A stretch of 64,000 bases of DNA from positions 192,001 to 256,000 of the forward strand of contig CAVVNQ010000003.1 of assembly GCA_963749705.1 (NCBI GenBank). The letters are read 5' to 3'. Positions 1 to 9,670 of this stretch are shown in pieces (position 1 is the stretch's first letter; every line of letters starts with the position of its first letter). The DNA is from an uncultured Chloroflexia bacterium (GTDB lineage: Bacteria > Chloroflexota > Limnocylindria > Limnocylindrales > CSP1-4). The position numbers and the translations under genes were made by a program. The notes under the pieces were generated by a model, which was given only the letters and a program-made list of their open reading frames with translations, was not told the origin of the DNA and did no database searches.

Positions 1-764
1 AGCGGCCGCCGCGCCGTGACGATCGAGGCGACCGGGGCCCGCGGCGCGACGCCGATCGCCCTCCGCGCCGGGACGCGAGCCCCGCCGGTGACCGCCCCGC
101 ACGAGGCGAGCGCTCGCCGCGGCGTGAGGATCGAGGCGACCGGGGTCCGCGGCGCGACGCCGACCGACCGCCGCGCCGCGAGGACCGCCCGTCGCGCGGG
201 AGCACCGAGCTGACCCCCGCCGAGATGGCCCAGCTGTCCACGGCGCGTGGCTCGCTCGCGATGGAGCGGGCCGAGCTGGAGGCCGCGGAGGCAACCCCCG
301 AGGCGCTGGCCGCCGGACGCGAGATCCTCGAGACCCTCATGGCCCACCTGGGCTTCGAGGGGGTGAGCGTCGAGATCCGCGAGGGCGAGACCAGCCGGCT
401 CAACGTCGTCGGGGACGGCGCGGACCGGGAGGCGCTCGGGTCGCTGATCGGGCGCAAGGGCGAGCGGCTGTCGGCGCTCCAGCACCTCGTGAACCTGATG
501 CTCTCCCGGCGCACGGGTCAATGGACCCGGGTCCTGGTCGATGTCGAGGACTACCGCGGACGTCGCGAGCGACAGCTGGCCGAGCTGGCCCAGCGCGCCG
601 CGGAACGCGTCCTCGAAACCGGCAAGATGCTCCAGCTGGAGCCGATGCCCGCGCTCGAGCGTCGCTGGGTCCACCTGGCCCTGCGCGATCACGAGGGCGT
701 CGGGACGCAGTCGATCGGCGAGGAGCCGAACCGACGGGTGGTGGTCCTTCCCCGCAACGCCTGA
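1..764 (+). CDS. jag: Jag/EloR (KhpB) RNA-binding protein, KH + R3H domains; 5'-truncated by the window edge
   Basis: The frame is open from base 3 (RPPRRDDRGDRGPRRDAD... linker) into the 225..764 ORF. KH motif LIGRKGERLSALQHL, DVEDYR, and R3H motif ERRWVH...SIGEEPNRRVVV. Confidence 0.92.
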   Translation, partial: RPPRRDDRGDRGPRRDADRPPRRDASPAGDRPARGERSPRREDRGDRGPRRDADRPPRREDRPSRGSTELTPAEMAQLSTARGSLAMERAELEAAEATPEALAAGREILETLMAHLGFEGVSVEIREGETSRLNVVGDGADREALGSLIGRKGERLSALQHLVNLMLSRRTGQWTRVLVDVEDYRGRRERQLAELAQRAAERVLETGKMLQLEPMPALERRWVHLALRDHEGVGTQSIGEEPNRRVVVLPRNA

Positions 765-896
765 CCGGCGGCGCGCCCCGGCCCGACGGTCGCCGGCCCG
801 CGATGGCCAAATGGGGGGTGGACGTCGCGCCATGACTGCCGCACGATCGCGATTCCTCGCGATCTTCGCGTCCCCTTGCTAGGATCCGCCGCACCG

Positions 897-2870
897 ATGA
901 CGATCGAGCCCGAGACCATCCCCGCCGACCCGTCCGCCACGCCGCCCGCGCCCCGGCGCAGGTCGCGCTGGGTTCGATTCGGCCTGGCGTTCCTGCTCGG
1001 CATCGCCCTCGTCGCGGGTGTCGGTGGTGGCGCCCTGTTCGCCTACGGCCAGCAGTACGCCGGTCGCATCCTGCCGGGCGTCCGTGTCGGAGACGTGGAC
1101 CTCTCGGGCCTGTCGGTGGCGGCCGCACGTGCGGCGCTCGCCGACCGATACGCCAGCCTGAGCACCGGGCGCGTGGACATCGTCGGGCCCGATGGCGACC
1201 TGACCATCGGGTACGCGGAGATCGGGCGACAGGCCGACGTGGACGGCATGCTTGCCGCCGCCATCGCGGCGGGTCGACGCGGAGAGCCGTTCGCGGACCT
1301 GATCGGCGTACCGCAGGCGGCGCTGCACGGGATCCAGCTCGCGCCGGCCGTCAGCTATGACCGCCAGAAGCTTGCCGATGCCATCGCGACCCTGGCCAGG
1401 ACGATCGACATCGACCCGGTCAACGCGTCCGTGACCACGAACCCCGACGGGTCGTTCACCCTGTCCCCGGCCCGGGACGGCCGGATGGTCGACCAGGCCG
1501 CGCTGCTCGCGGACATCGAGGCGCAGATCTCCCGAGCGGACGCCCCGGCCGAGACGCACGCCGAGGCGTCGATGGTCATGCGCAAGCCCGACATCAGCAC
1601 GGCCGCCGCCACCGAGGCGCAGGCCGCGGGGGAGCGCATGGCGGCGGACCTGGTGCTGACCCGCGGCGAGGAGCACTGGACGATCCCGTCCGCCGAGCTG
1701 CAGAAGCTCGTGACCTATTCGGTCGGCACGGACGGGAAGCTCACCCCCTCCCTCGACGTGGCGGGGATCGACCCGCTCCTCGACGTCGTGGCGAAGGACG
1801 TCGACCAGGCACCGACGAGCGCCACCTTCAAGCTCAGCGGCAGCAAGGTGATCCTCGGATCGGACAGCGCCGAGGGCCGCCAGATGGACATCGCGGCGAC
1901 CCGCGCGCTGGTCGTCGACGCCCTCATGGCGCGCGAATCCGGCCAGCCCGACCCGGTCGTCCAGCCGGTCGTCTCGGTCACCGAGCCCGCCCTGACCACC
2001 GAGCAGGCCAAGGCGCTGGCTCCCAAGATGAAGGAGATCGGGCGCCACAAGACGTACTTCCCGGTCTACGTGAACAACGGCTACGGGGCCAACATCTGGA
2101 TCCCGGCCAAGCTCATCAACGGCTATGTCCTCGAACCCGGCGCCAGGTTCGACTTCTGGGATGCCATCGGTGACGTCACCCGGGAGAAGGGCTACAAGGA
2201 CGGCGGGGCCATCATCAACGGCAAGACCGAGCCCCAGGGCGCCCTCGCGGGCGGCATCTGCTCCTGCTCCACGACGCTGTTCAACGCTGCGCTCAAGGCG
2301 GGCATGAAGATGGAAGCCCGGCGCAACCACTACTACTACATCTCGCGCTACCCGCTGGGGCTCGACGCCACCGTGTTCATCTCGGCCTCGGGCTCCAAGC
2401 AGACCATGAGCTTCACCAACGACACGCCGTACCCGGTGCTCATCCGCGGGATCAACACCCGGATCGGCAACAGCGGCTACGTGACGTTCGTGCTGTACAG
2501 CGTGCCGAACGGCCGATCGGTCCACATCGATCCCGCCATCGTCAAGAACGTCCACCCGGCGAAGGACACGATCGAGTACACGAGCAGCCTGCCCAAGGGC
2601 ACCTCGAAGCGCGTGGAATACCCGACGGACGGCAAGGACGTGTGGCGGACGGTCACCGTCAAGGACGCCGACGGCAAGGTCATCCGCCAGACGACGTACT
2701 ACTCGCACTACTCGACGGTCAACGGGGTCCTGATGGTCGGCACCGGCGGCAGCGCGCCCAAGCCCAGTCCCACCGCGACGCCCAAGCCTGCGAGCCCCAC
2801 ACCCACGGCGACGCCCAAGCCTGCCAGCCCCGCCCCGACCGCAGCGCCCACCGCCTCTCCCGCTCCCTGA
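897..2870 (+). CDS. VanW/YoaR-family membrane-anchored protein with PG-binding repeats, a G5-like segment and a Pro/Thr-rich tail
   Basis: N-terminal TM helix. VanW signatures GGICSCSTTLFNAAL, RRNH and YPLGLDATV. ATG at 897 follows TGnTAGGAT. Confidence 0.8.
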   Translation: MTIEPETIPADPSATPPAPRRRSRWVRFGLAFLLGIALVAGVGGGALFAYGQQYAGRILPGVRVGDVDLSGLSVAAARAALADRYASLSTGRVDIVGPDGDLTIGYAEIGRQADVDGMLAAAIAAGRRGEPFADLIGVPQAALHGIQLAPAVSYDRQKLADAIATLARTIDIDPVNASVTTNPDGSFTLSPARDGRMVDQAALLADIEAQISRADAPAETHAEASMVMRKPDISTAAATEAQAAGERMAADLVLTRGEEHWTIPSAELQKLVTYSVGTDGKLTPSLDVAGIDPLLDVVAKDVDQAPTSATFKLSGSKVILGSDSAEGRQMDIAATRALVVDALMARESGQPDPVVQPVVSVTEPALTTEQAKALAPKMKEIGRHKTYFPVYVNNGYGANIWIPAKLINGYVLEPGARFDFWDAIGDVTREKGYKDGGAIINGKTEPQGALAGGICSCSTTLFNAALKAGMKMEARRNHYYYISRYPLGLDATVFISASGSKQTMSFTNDTPYPVLIRGINTRIGNSGYVTFVLYSVPNGRSVHIDPAIVKNVHPAKDTIEYTSSLPKGTSKRVEYPTDGKDVWRTVTVKDADGKVIRQTTYYSHYSTVNGVLMVGTGGSAPKPSPTATPKPASPTPTATPKPASPAPTAAPTASPAP

Positions 2871-2960
2871 GCCGGTCCCCCGCCGTGTCGCGCGCCGTCC
2901 CCCCATGTCGGAAGGCTGCGTCGAACCGCCGGGCCCAGCCGCGATGACCCGCGAGCGGCG

Positions 2961-3593
2961 ATGATGGACGCCGGACTGCTCGCCCGCGGGCTGGCGATCG
3001 GCGTCGCGATCGCGGCGGGACTGGGCCCAGTCGGCCTGCTCGTCATCCGGCGCACCATCGACCACGGCTGGGCGCACGGGCTGATCTCGGGACTGGGCGT
3101 CGCGACCGCCGATGCAACGTACGGAGCCGTCGCGGCGTTCGGCCTGACGGCGGTGACCGAGACCCTGGTGGGGATCGACCGGCCGCTCGGGGTCATCGGC
3201 GGCGTGGTGCTGCTGGTCCTGGCCGCCCGAGCGCTTCGCGCGGCGAGTGCGGGTGCCGCCCGGCGCGAGGTCCCCGAGCGTGGCCGGCTTGGACATCCGG
3301 CGGCCGCGTGGGCGTCGATGGTCGGCCTCACGCTGACCAACCCCGCCACGATCCTGTCGTTCGCGGCGCTGTTCGCGAGCATCGGCGCGGGCAGCAGCGG
3401 CATCGCCGGCGCCGGCAGCGTCGTGATCGGCGTGTTCCTCGGCTCGGCCGCCTGGTGGCTGCTGCTGACCGGGCTCGTGGCCGGTCTGCGCGCCCGGCTC
3501 ACGCCCCGCGTGATCCGCGGGCTCAACCTTGCGTCGGGGATCATCATCGGTGGCTTCGGCGTCGTCGCGATCGTGTTCGGCGTCGCCGGCTGA
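2961..3593 (+). CDS. LysE/RhtB family translocator
   Basis: GLAIG..GPVGLL..G..SGLGVATADA and LTLTNPATI motifs; about 6 TM helices. Confidence 0.85.
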   Translation: MMDAGLLARGLAIGVAIAAGLGPVGLLVIRRTIDHGWAHGLISGLGVATADATYGAVAAFGLTAVTETLVGIDRPLGVIGGVVLLVLAARALRAASAGAARREVPERGRLGHPAAAWASMVGLTLTNPATILSFAALFASIGAGSSGIAGAGSVVIGVFLGSAAWWLLLTGLVAGLRARLTPRVIRGLNLASGIIIGGFGVVAIVFGVAG

Positions 3594-3661
3594 CCGCCGG
3601 ACCTGGCGAGGCCGAGCGCCACGGCGCGACCCGCGGGCCGGACCTCCCCTACGATCGTTGC

Positions 3662-4342
3662 GTGCGATCCCACATCCCGCTGCCCGCGGCCGCCCTGTTC
3701 GACTGGGACGGCACGATCGTCGATACCCTGCCGCTGATCTATCGCGCCAACGTCACCGTGCTGCGCGAGATCGGCATCAGCATGGACCGGACCTGGTTCC
3801 GCGAGCGGTACACGCCCGACTGGCGCAGCTCCTACCGCGAGCTGGGCATCCCCGAGCATCTGTGGGACGAGGTCGCGGCGCGCTGGGCCGTCGAGATGCA
3901 GCGCGGTCGTCCCCGGGCGCTGCCGTGGGCTCGCGGAGCCCTCCGCAGGCTCGGGCGCCGAGGCGTGCGGCTCGGGCTGGTCACCGCCTCGACGCGCGGG
4001 GTCGTCGAGCCGAACATCGCGAGGCTCCGCCTCGAGGGCGTGTTCGCGGCCATCCGCTGCTCGGACGACGTGACCCATTCCAAGCCGCATCCGGAAGCGC
4101 TGCTCAGCGCGCTCGACGAGCTGGACGTGCCGGCCGCGGAGGCGGTCTACGTCGGCGATTCGACCGTCGACCTCGAGATGGCGACCGCCGCGGGAACCCC
4201 GTTCATCGCCGTCGGCGCCACGACCACCCCGGAGGCGTTCCGGGCCGCCGGCGCGCCGCGGGTGTGGCCCGGGGTCGGCGCGTGGGCGGACGCGCTGCTC
4301 GGATCGAATGGATCGCGGAGGGCGAGTCGCACACGCCCTTGA
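3662..4342 (+). CDS. HAD-superfamily phosphatase (Gph-like)
   Basis: FDWDGTIVDT, KPHPE and YVGDSTVD motifs. GTG 3662 lies 6 nt after TACGAT; the upstream part of ORF 3308 overlaps lysE and is spurious. Confidence 0.85.
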   Translation: MRSHIPLPAAALFDWDGTIVDTLPLIYRANVTVLREIGISMDRTWFRERYTPDWRSSYRELGIPEHLWDEVAARWAVEMQRGRPRALPWARGALRRLGRRGVRLGLVTASTRGVVEPNIARLRLEGVFAAIRCSDDVTHSKPHPEALLSALDELDVPAAEAVYVGDSTVDLEMATAAGTPFIAVGATTTPEAFRAAGAPRVWPGVGAWADALLGSNGSRRASRTRP

Positions 4343-4391
4343 TTCGTGCCGTCCGGCACGGCCGGACGTCGGAGAGGCTTCGTAGGATGAG

Positions 4392-6752
4392 ATGGTGACC
4401 CGTCTCGTTGCGAGCCTCGGCGCGCTCGCCCAGCGTCTGCTGCTCGCCCTGACCCTGGGCGGCCTGCTGCTGGGCATCGGGCTCGCGCTGTCCAATCACG
4501 AGCAGCTGGCCCACGCTGCGTGGACGATCCCGGCGGCCGTTGTCGGGCTGTGGCTGGCCGGATCCATCCTGCGTGACCTGCTGCGCCGCGAGGCCGGCGT
4601 CGACGTCATCGCCGTGCTCGCCATCGGCGGCGCGATCCTGTTCGGTGAATCGCTCGCGGCCGCGGTGATCGGCGTGATGCTCGCCACGGGCGACTGGCTG
4701 GAGCGGTTCGCCGCCGGTCGTGCCCATCGCGAGCTGTCAGCGCTCGTGTCCCGCGCGCCGAGAACGGTCCACCGCCACGAAGGAGGCGAGATCACGGACC
4801 GGCCCATCGGCGACGTCGCGGTCGGAGACCGGATCCTGGTCAAGCCGGGCGAGGTCGTCCCCGTCGACGGGTCGGTGTCGGGCGAGACCGCCGTGCTCGA
4901 CGAATCCGCGCTCACCGGTGAGGCGCGGCTTGCCACGCGGGAATCGGGATCCGTCGTCAGCTCGGGCACGGTCAACGCGGGCGCGCCGTTCGACCTGGTC
5001 GCGATCGCGACCGCGGAACGCAGCACGTACGCGGGGATCGTGCGACTGGTCGAGGCGGCCCAGTCGTCGAAGGCGCCGTTCGTCCGCCTCGCCGACCGCT
5101 ACGCGCTGCTGTTCGTGCCCCTGACGCTGGGGATCGCCGGGTTCGCGTGGCTGGTGTCGGGAGACCCGGTGCGCGCCCTGGCCGTGCTCGTCGTGGCCAC
5201 GCCGTGTCCGCTGCTGCTGGCCGTGCCGATCGCGGTCGTCGCCGGGATCAGCCGGGCGGCGAAGCGCGGGATCATCGTGAAGGGTGGTGGCGCGCTCGAG
5301 ACGATCGCGCGGGCCCGGGTCCTCCTGTTCGACAAGACCGGCACCCTGACCGCCGGGCGGCCACACCTCGCCGACGTCGTCGCGGCGCCCGGGCGTACGC
5401 CGGATGAGATCCTGGGGCTGGCCGCGTCGCTGGAGCAGGTGTCGCCGCACGTCCTGGCCGCGTCCATCGTCAGTGGTGCCCGCGAGCGCGGCGTTGCGCT
5501 CCGGCTCCCCGAGCGAGTGATCGAGGTCCCGGGCCGCGGGATCAGCGGCATGATCGGCCGGACGGCGGTGGTCGTCGGCACGCTCGAGCTTACCGCCCCC
5601 GATGCGGCGCTCGCCCCGTGGGCGCGAGACGTCCGGCGCCGGGTGAGCCTCGAGGGGGCGACCAGCGTGTACGTTGCGGTGGACGGCGAGCTCCTCGGTG
5701 CGCTCGTGCTCGACGACCCGATCCGGCCCGAGACGCCGCGCGTGATCCGCTCGCTGCGGCGTGCCGGCGTGCGCCGGACCGTGATGGTGACCGGGGATCA
5801 CTACGGCGTCGCTGACATGGTGGCCGCGGCCATCGGCGTGGACGCCGTGCTCGCCGAACGGTCTCCGGCCGAGAAGGTTGACGCCGTCGCCGAGGAGCGA
5901 GCCGAGGCGAACGGCGTGCTGGTCATGGTCGGCGACGGGATCAACGACGCTCCGGCGCTCGCCGCCGCCGATGTCGGGGTTGCGATGGGGGCCCGGGGCG
6001 CGACGGCAAGCTCCGAGGCCGCCGACATCGTGATCACGGTGGACCGGCTGGACCGGCTTCCCGAGGCCATTCGCATCGCCCGCCGCTCACGGATGATCGC
6101 CGTCCAGAGCGTCGTGGTGGGCATGGGCATGTCGATCGTCGCGATGCTGGTCGCGACGACGGGCGCCCTGCCGCCGGTCGCGGGCGCGCTGCTCCAGGAG
6201 GCGATCGACGTGATCGTCATCGTCAACGCACTGCGGGCACTGACCGGCGGGCTCGAGCGCGTGCCGCAGATCCCGGGCTGGACGGAGCTCGGCTCGCGAC
6301 TCCACGCCGAGCACCGGGACCTCGCCCCGTCGATCGCGCGGATCCGGACGCTCGCGGACCGGCTGGGTTCGATGCCCGGGCTTGCGGCGCGCGAGGAGCT
6401 CGAGCAGCTCCGGGTGTTCCTGCTCGAGACGCTGGTGCCCCACGAGGAGCGCGAGGACCGGGACGTGTTCCCGCAGCTGGCGCTCGCGATCGGGAGCGAC
6501 GACGTCACGGCCGCGTTGCACCGGACCCACACCGAGATCTTCCACCTGGTCCGGTTCACCGACCGGCTCGTCCGCGAGGTATCCGACGAGGGTCCGGGCC
6601 CCGAGGACCTGACCGACCTCCGGCGGGTGCTCTACGGCCTCGATGCGATCCTGCGCCTGCACATGGCCCAGGAGGAGGAGCTGTACACGGCGCTGGGCGA
6701 CGAGCACCCGGCGGCCGCTCGGCCGCTCCCGCAGGGCGCGCCGGGGTCGTAG
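4392..6752 (+). CDS. P1B-5-type heavy-metal P-type ATPase with a C-terminal hemerythrin domain
   Basis: LTGE, TPCP (TM), DKTGTLT, GDGIND and QEAID motifs. C-terminal H..HEERE..H..HMAQEE hemerythrin ligands. The true start may be GTG 4395. Confidence 0.9.
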   Translation: MVTRLVASLGALAQRLLLALTLGGLLLGIGLALSNHEQLAHAAWTIPAAVVGLWLAGSILRDLLRREAGVDVIAVLAIGGAILFGESLAAAVIGVMLATGDWLERFAAGRAHRELSALVSRAPRTVHRHEGGEITDRPIGDVAVGDRILVKPGEVVPVDGSVSGETAVLDESALTGEARLATRESGSVVSSGTVNAGAPFDLVAIATAERSTYAGIVRLVEAAQSSKAPFVRLADRYALLFVPLTLGIAGFAWLVSGDPVRALAVLVVATPCPLLLAVPIAVVAGISRAAKRGIIVKGGGALETIARARVLLFDKTGTLTAGRPHLADVVAAPGRTPDEILGLAASLEQVSPHVLAASIVSGARERGVALRLPERVIEVPGRGISGMIGRTAVVVGTLELTAPDAALAPWARDVRRRVSLEGATSVYVAVDGELLGALVLDDPIRPETPRVIRSLRRAGVRRTVMVTGDHYGVADMVAAAIGVDAVLAERSPAEKVDAVAEERAEANGVLVMVGDGINDAPALAAADVGVAMGARGATASSEAADIVITVDRLDRLPEAIRIARRSRMIAVQSVVVGMGMSIVAMLVATTGALPPVAGALLQEAIDVIVIVNALRALTGGLERVPQIPGWTELGSRLHAEHRDLAPSIARIRTLADRLGSMPGLAAREELEQLRVFLLETLVPHEEREDRDVFPQLALAIGSDDVTAALHRTHTEIFHLVRFTDRLVREVSDEGPGPEDLTDLRRVLYGLDAILRLHMAQEEELYTALGDEHPAAARPLPQGAPGS

Positions 6753-6759
6753 CCGCGGG

Positions 6760-7776
6760 TCAGGCCGGGGCGCCACCCGCGGCGTCGCGGATCGCGCAGG
6801 TCAGGCGGTGGGTGCGCAGCGCGTCCTCGTAGGTGCTGAACAGGTGGGTCGGGTCTCCGGTCCGGATCGCCTCGATGAACGCGCGATCCTCGTCCCGGAA
6901 CGGGTCGTTGCCCGTCGGGACGTACCGCGTTGCGGTGACGCCCCGGACACGGCTGCCGGTGAACCCGTCGGTCGCCTGCACCGCCTTCGACAGGCCGTCC
7001 TCGTATGTCACACCCTGCTGGCGGATCGTGATCGCGAGGCCGTCGCAGAACAGGCGCAGCTCCTGGGCGCTGGTGCCGCCCAGGATGCAGGTCGCCGTGA
7101 ACACCCCCGTCTGGCCCGCGTCGTAGCGCAGCAGCGCCGCGCTCACATCCGCGACATCCATCCCGGGATGCTCGTCGTGCTCGTGCCGGTCGGCGGTCGC
7201 CGCGATCACCGACGCCTCGCCCAGCAGGCGCCTCGACAGGTCGACCAGGTGGGTGGCCTGCTCGACCATCTGGCCACCACCGGCCGCCTGGGTGCCCCAC
7301 CAGGCGACCTCCGGCATGGTGTCGTGCCACTGCCCCGTGACCATCCGCGCCGGGTTGGTGGCGAGGATCTGGTCGACCTCGCGCAGCGTGTCCATCGCGC
7401 GCCAGTGATACGCGACCCCGGCGATGACCCCCGCGTCGTCGATCGCCCGGGCGATCCGGACCGGCGTCTCGAGATCGGCTGCCAGCGGCTTCTCCGTGAA
7501 CAGGTGGATGCCCCGCTCCAGCAGCGCGAGCTCGAGCGCGCCGTGCCCGTTCGGGGGGACACACACCCACACCGCCTCGGGCCGCTCCTGGTCCAGCATC
7601 GCCTCGAGGCGATCGTATGGCCGGCCGCCGAATCGCTGTGCGGCGGGCCCGGCCTGCGCCAGCCGTCGGCCGACGACGCCGACCAGCTCCACGTCCGGCT
7701 CGGTGCTCAACACCTCGAGGTGTCGCTGGGCGATGAACCCGGGTCCCACGACGGCGACCCGCAGGCGATCAGTCAC
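6760..7776 (-). CDS. Gfo/Idh/MocA family oxidoreductase
   Basis: VAVVGPGFIA Rossmann motif, EKP, GGGQMVEQATHLVD. Confidence 0.88.
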   Translation of the reverse strand: MTDRLRVAVVGPGFIAQRHLEVLSTEPDVELVGVVGRRLAQAGPAAQRFGGRPYDRLEAMLDQERPEAVWVCVPPNGHGALELALLERGIHLFTEKPLAADLETPVRIARAIDDAGVIAGVAYHWRAMDTLREVDQILATNPARMVTGQWHDTMPEVAWWGTQAAGGGQMVEQATHLVDLSRRLLGEASVIAATADRHEHDEHPGMDVADVSAALLRYDAGQTGVFTATCILGGTSAQELRLFCDGLAITIRQQGVTYEDGLSKAVQATDGFTGSRVRGVTATRYVPTGNDPFRDEDRAFIEAIRTGDPTHLFSTYEDALRTHRLTCAIRDAAGGAPA

Positions 7777-7978
7777 GTTCGACCTCCTCCGCTGCTGGGT
7801 CAGAGCCTACGGCGTGCGGGCGGGGCGGTGTGGGCGCACCGGCGCTCAGGACCGGTCCCGCGCTGCGGCAGGTCCCGCGCCGCCGACGGTCCCGCGCCGC
7901 CGCCGACGAGCGCGGCCGGGGTCCACGCCGGTGCGCGAGCGCCCGGCGCACCCGCGACCGAGGGCGCACCATCGGGTG

Positions 7979-8965
7979 ATGCGTGATCCGGCCGGCTCCC
8001 GACTCCAGCGCGGCGAGGCGTTCGCCGCGATCGCCGCCATGGGCTTTGGCTCCGCGTACGTCGCCACGGCGTTCGCGCTCCGATCGTTCTCCCCGATCAC
8101 CGTGGCGTTCTACCGCAGCGCGCTGGCGTTCCTGGCCCTGGTCATCCTGCTGTCGGTCCTCCGGTGGTCCCCGGGGATGCCGGCCCGCGCAGGCGGAGCC
8201 GGCCCGGCGTTGCCGGGCACCGGCCACCGCGTCGCGCGGCTGGTCCTGATCGCCGTGTTCGGCGGCCCGATCTTCCTCGCCTCGATGAACCTGGCGGTGT
8301 CGGGTGTCGGTGCCACGATCGCGTCCTTCGTGGCCGGGCTGTACGCCATCCTCGCCGCGACGCTGGCGCCGTTGCTGCTGCCCGAGCGACTCACTCGCAG
8401 GGTGCTCGCGGGGCTCCTGGTGGCGCTCGCGGGCACGGCCCTGCTCGCGGAGCTCGACCCCGCCTCCGCCGATCGTGCCGGTCTCGCGTGGGGGCTGCTG
8501 GCCGCCGTCTCGTTCGCGATGTACCTCCTGCTCGGCCGCCGCTGGTCGCGATCGAACGGGCTCGAGGGATCGACGATCGCGTTCGCGACGCTTGCGGTGA
8601 GCACGCTCGCGCTCGGCACGCTCGTCGTCGTCGGCGACCCGGCGTCGCTGGTCCCGGCGCGGCTGGAGCTCGCCTCGGCGGTGGCGATCGGGTGGCTTGC
8701 CGTGGTCGCCGTCGGCGGCCAGCTGCTCACGGTCGCGAGCGTCCGGCTTGTCCCCGCCGCACGGACCGCCTCGTTCCTCCTGCTCAACCCGATCACGGCC
8801 ACGATCCTTGCGGCGCTGCTCCTCGGTGAGCGACCGTCGCCGCCCCAGCTCCTGGGCGGTGGTCTGGTCCTGGCCGGGATCGCGGCGGCCACAGTGCCCC
8901 TGCCAGGCCGGTCCGGCCCGGGAGAGGTCATTCCGACCGATCAAGACGCGGATGGAGCCGCCTGA
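7979..8965 (+). CDS. DMT/EamA family transporter
   Basis: About 10 TM helices in two EamA repeats; LNPITATILAALLLGERPS. Confidence 0.82.
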   Translation: MRDPAGSRLQRGEAFAAIAAMGFGSAYVATAFALRSFSPITVAFYRSALAFLALVILLSVLRWSPGMPARAGGAGPALPGTGHRVARLVLIAVFGGPIFLASMNLAVSGVGATIASFVAGLYAILAATLAPLLLPERLTRRVLAGLLVALAGTALLAELDPASADRAGLAWGLLAAVSFAMYLLLGRRWSRSNGLEGSTIAFATLAVSTLALGTLVVVGDPASLVPARLELASAVAIGWLAVVAVGGQLLTVASVRLVPAARTASFLLLNPITATILAALLLGERPSPPQLLGGGLVLAGIAAATVPLPGRSGPGEVIPTDQDADGAA

Positions 8966-9119
8966 GGGACCGAGGACCCGGCCGATCGACCGGCCACACC
9001 GGGTGACCCGGCCCGCCCAGACCGGGCCATCGGGCGCTTGGCCCCGCTGCGCGCCGCGCGAGATCCTGCGCCAGCGGCCGACCCGCGCTCGTCGCCCACA
9101 TCCCCGCTCCGAGGATCAC

Positions 9120-9590
9120 ATGGACGCCACCCACCTCATCGCGCTCTGGCTCCACGCGCTGGCAATGGTCGTGGTGCTCGGGTACTACGGGATCCTGTCC
9201 CGGATCGTGCTCCCAACCCTCGCGCGCTCGCTCGAGCCTGCCGCCCTCGCCCGTGTCGTGCCGGCCATCGAGCGTCGCGCGCTGCCGATCCTGGTGGCCG
9301 GGATCGTCCTGTTCATCGTGACGGGCGTCTACCTCCTGGTCAGGGACGGGCGGTATGCGGGCGTGGGCTCGTTCGCGTCCACCTGGTCCACGCTGATGCT
9401 GATCAAGCACCTGGTCGTGGTGGCCATGGTCGTCCTGGGCATCGGGGTCGACCGGCTTGCCGCGGGGCTTGTCGCCACGAGCGACGCCGGGCGCGGGCGC
9501 ACCTTCGAGCTCCTGGTCCTGGCGATGGACGGGATGGCGGCCCTCGGGATCCTGGTGCTCCTGCTGACGGCGGCCGCGCAGCTCAGCTGA
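9120..9590 (+). CDS. CopD/DUF4149-like 4-TM membrane protein
   Basis: SD GAGGA. WLHALA...IVTG...LIKH pattern with four hydrophobic helices. Confidence 0.6.
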   Translation: MDATHLIALWLHALAMVVVLGYYGILSRIVLPTLARSLEPAALARVVPAIERRALPILVAGIVLFIVTGVYLLVRDGRYAGVGSFASTWSTLMLIKHLVVVAMVVLGIGVDRLAAGLVATSDAGRGRTFELLVLAMDGMAALGILVLLLTAAAQLS

Positions 9591-9670
9591 CGCCCTTGGC
9601 GGAACAGGGGGTTCGAGCCGTCGCCGCGCCGCAGTAAGGTTGGCCGACAGCTCGCGCCCGGAGGTTCAAG

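Noticed and set aside
2757-2867. Repeats at the end of the VanW gene as a CRISPR or mobile repeat
   Set aside because: In-frame PTATPKPAS low-complexity coding repeats with no spacers.
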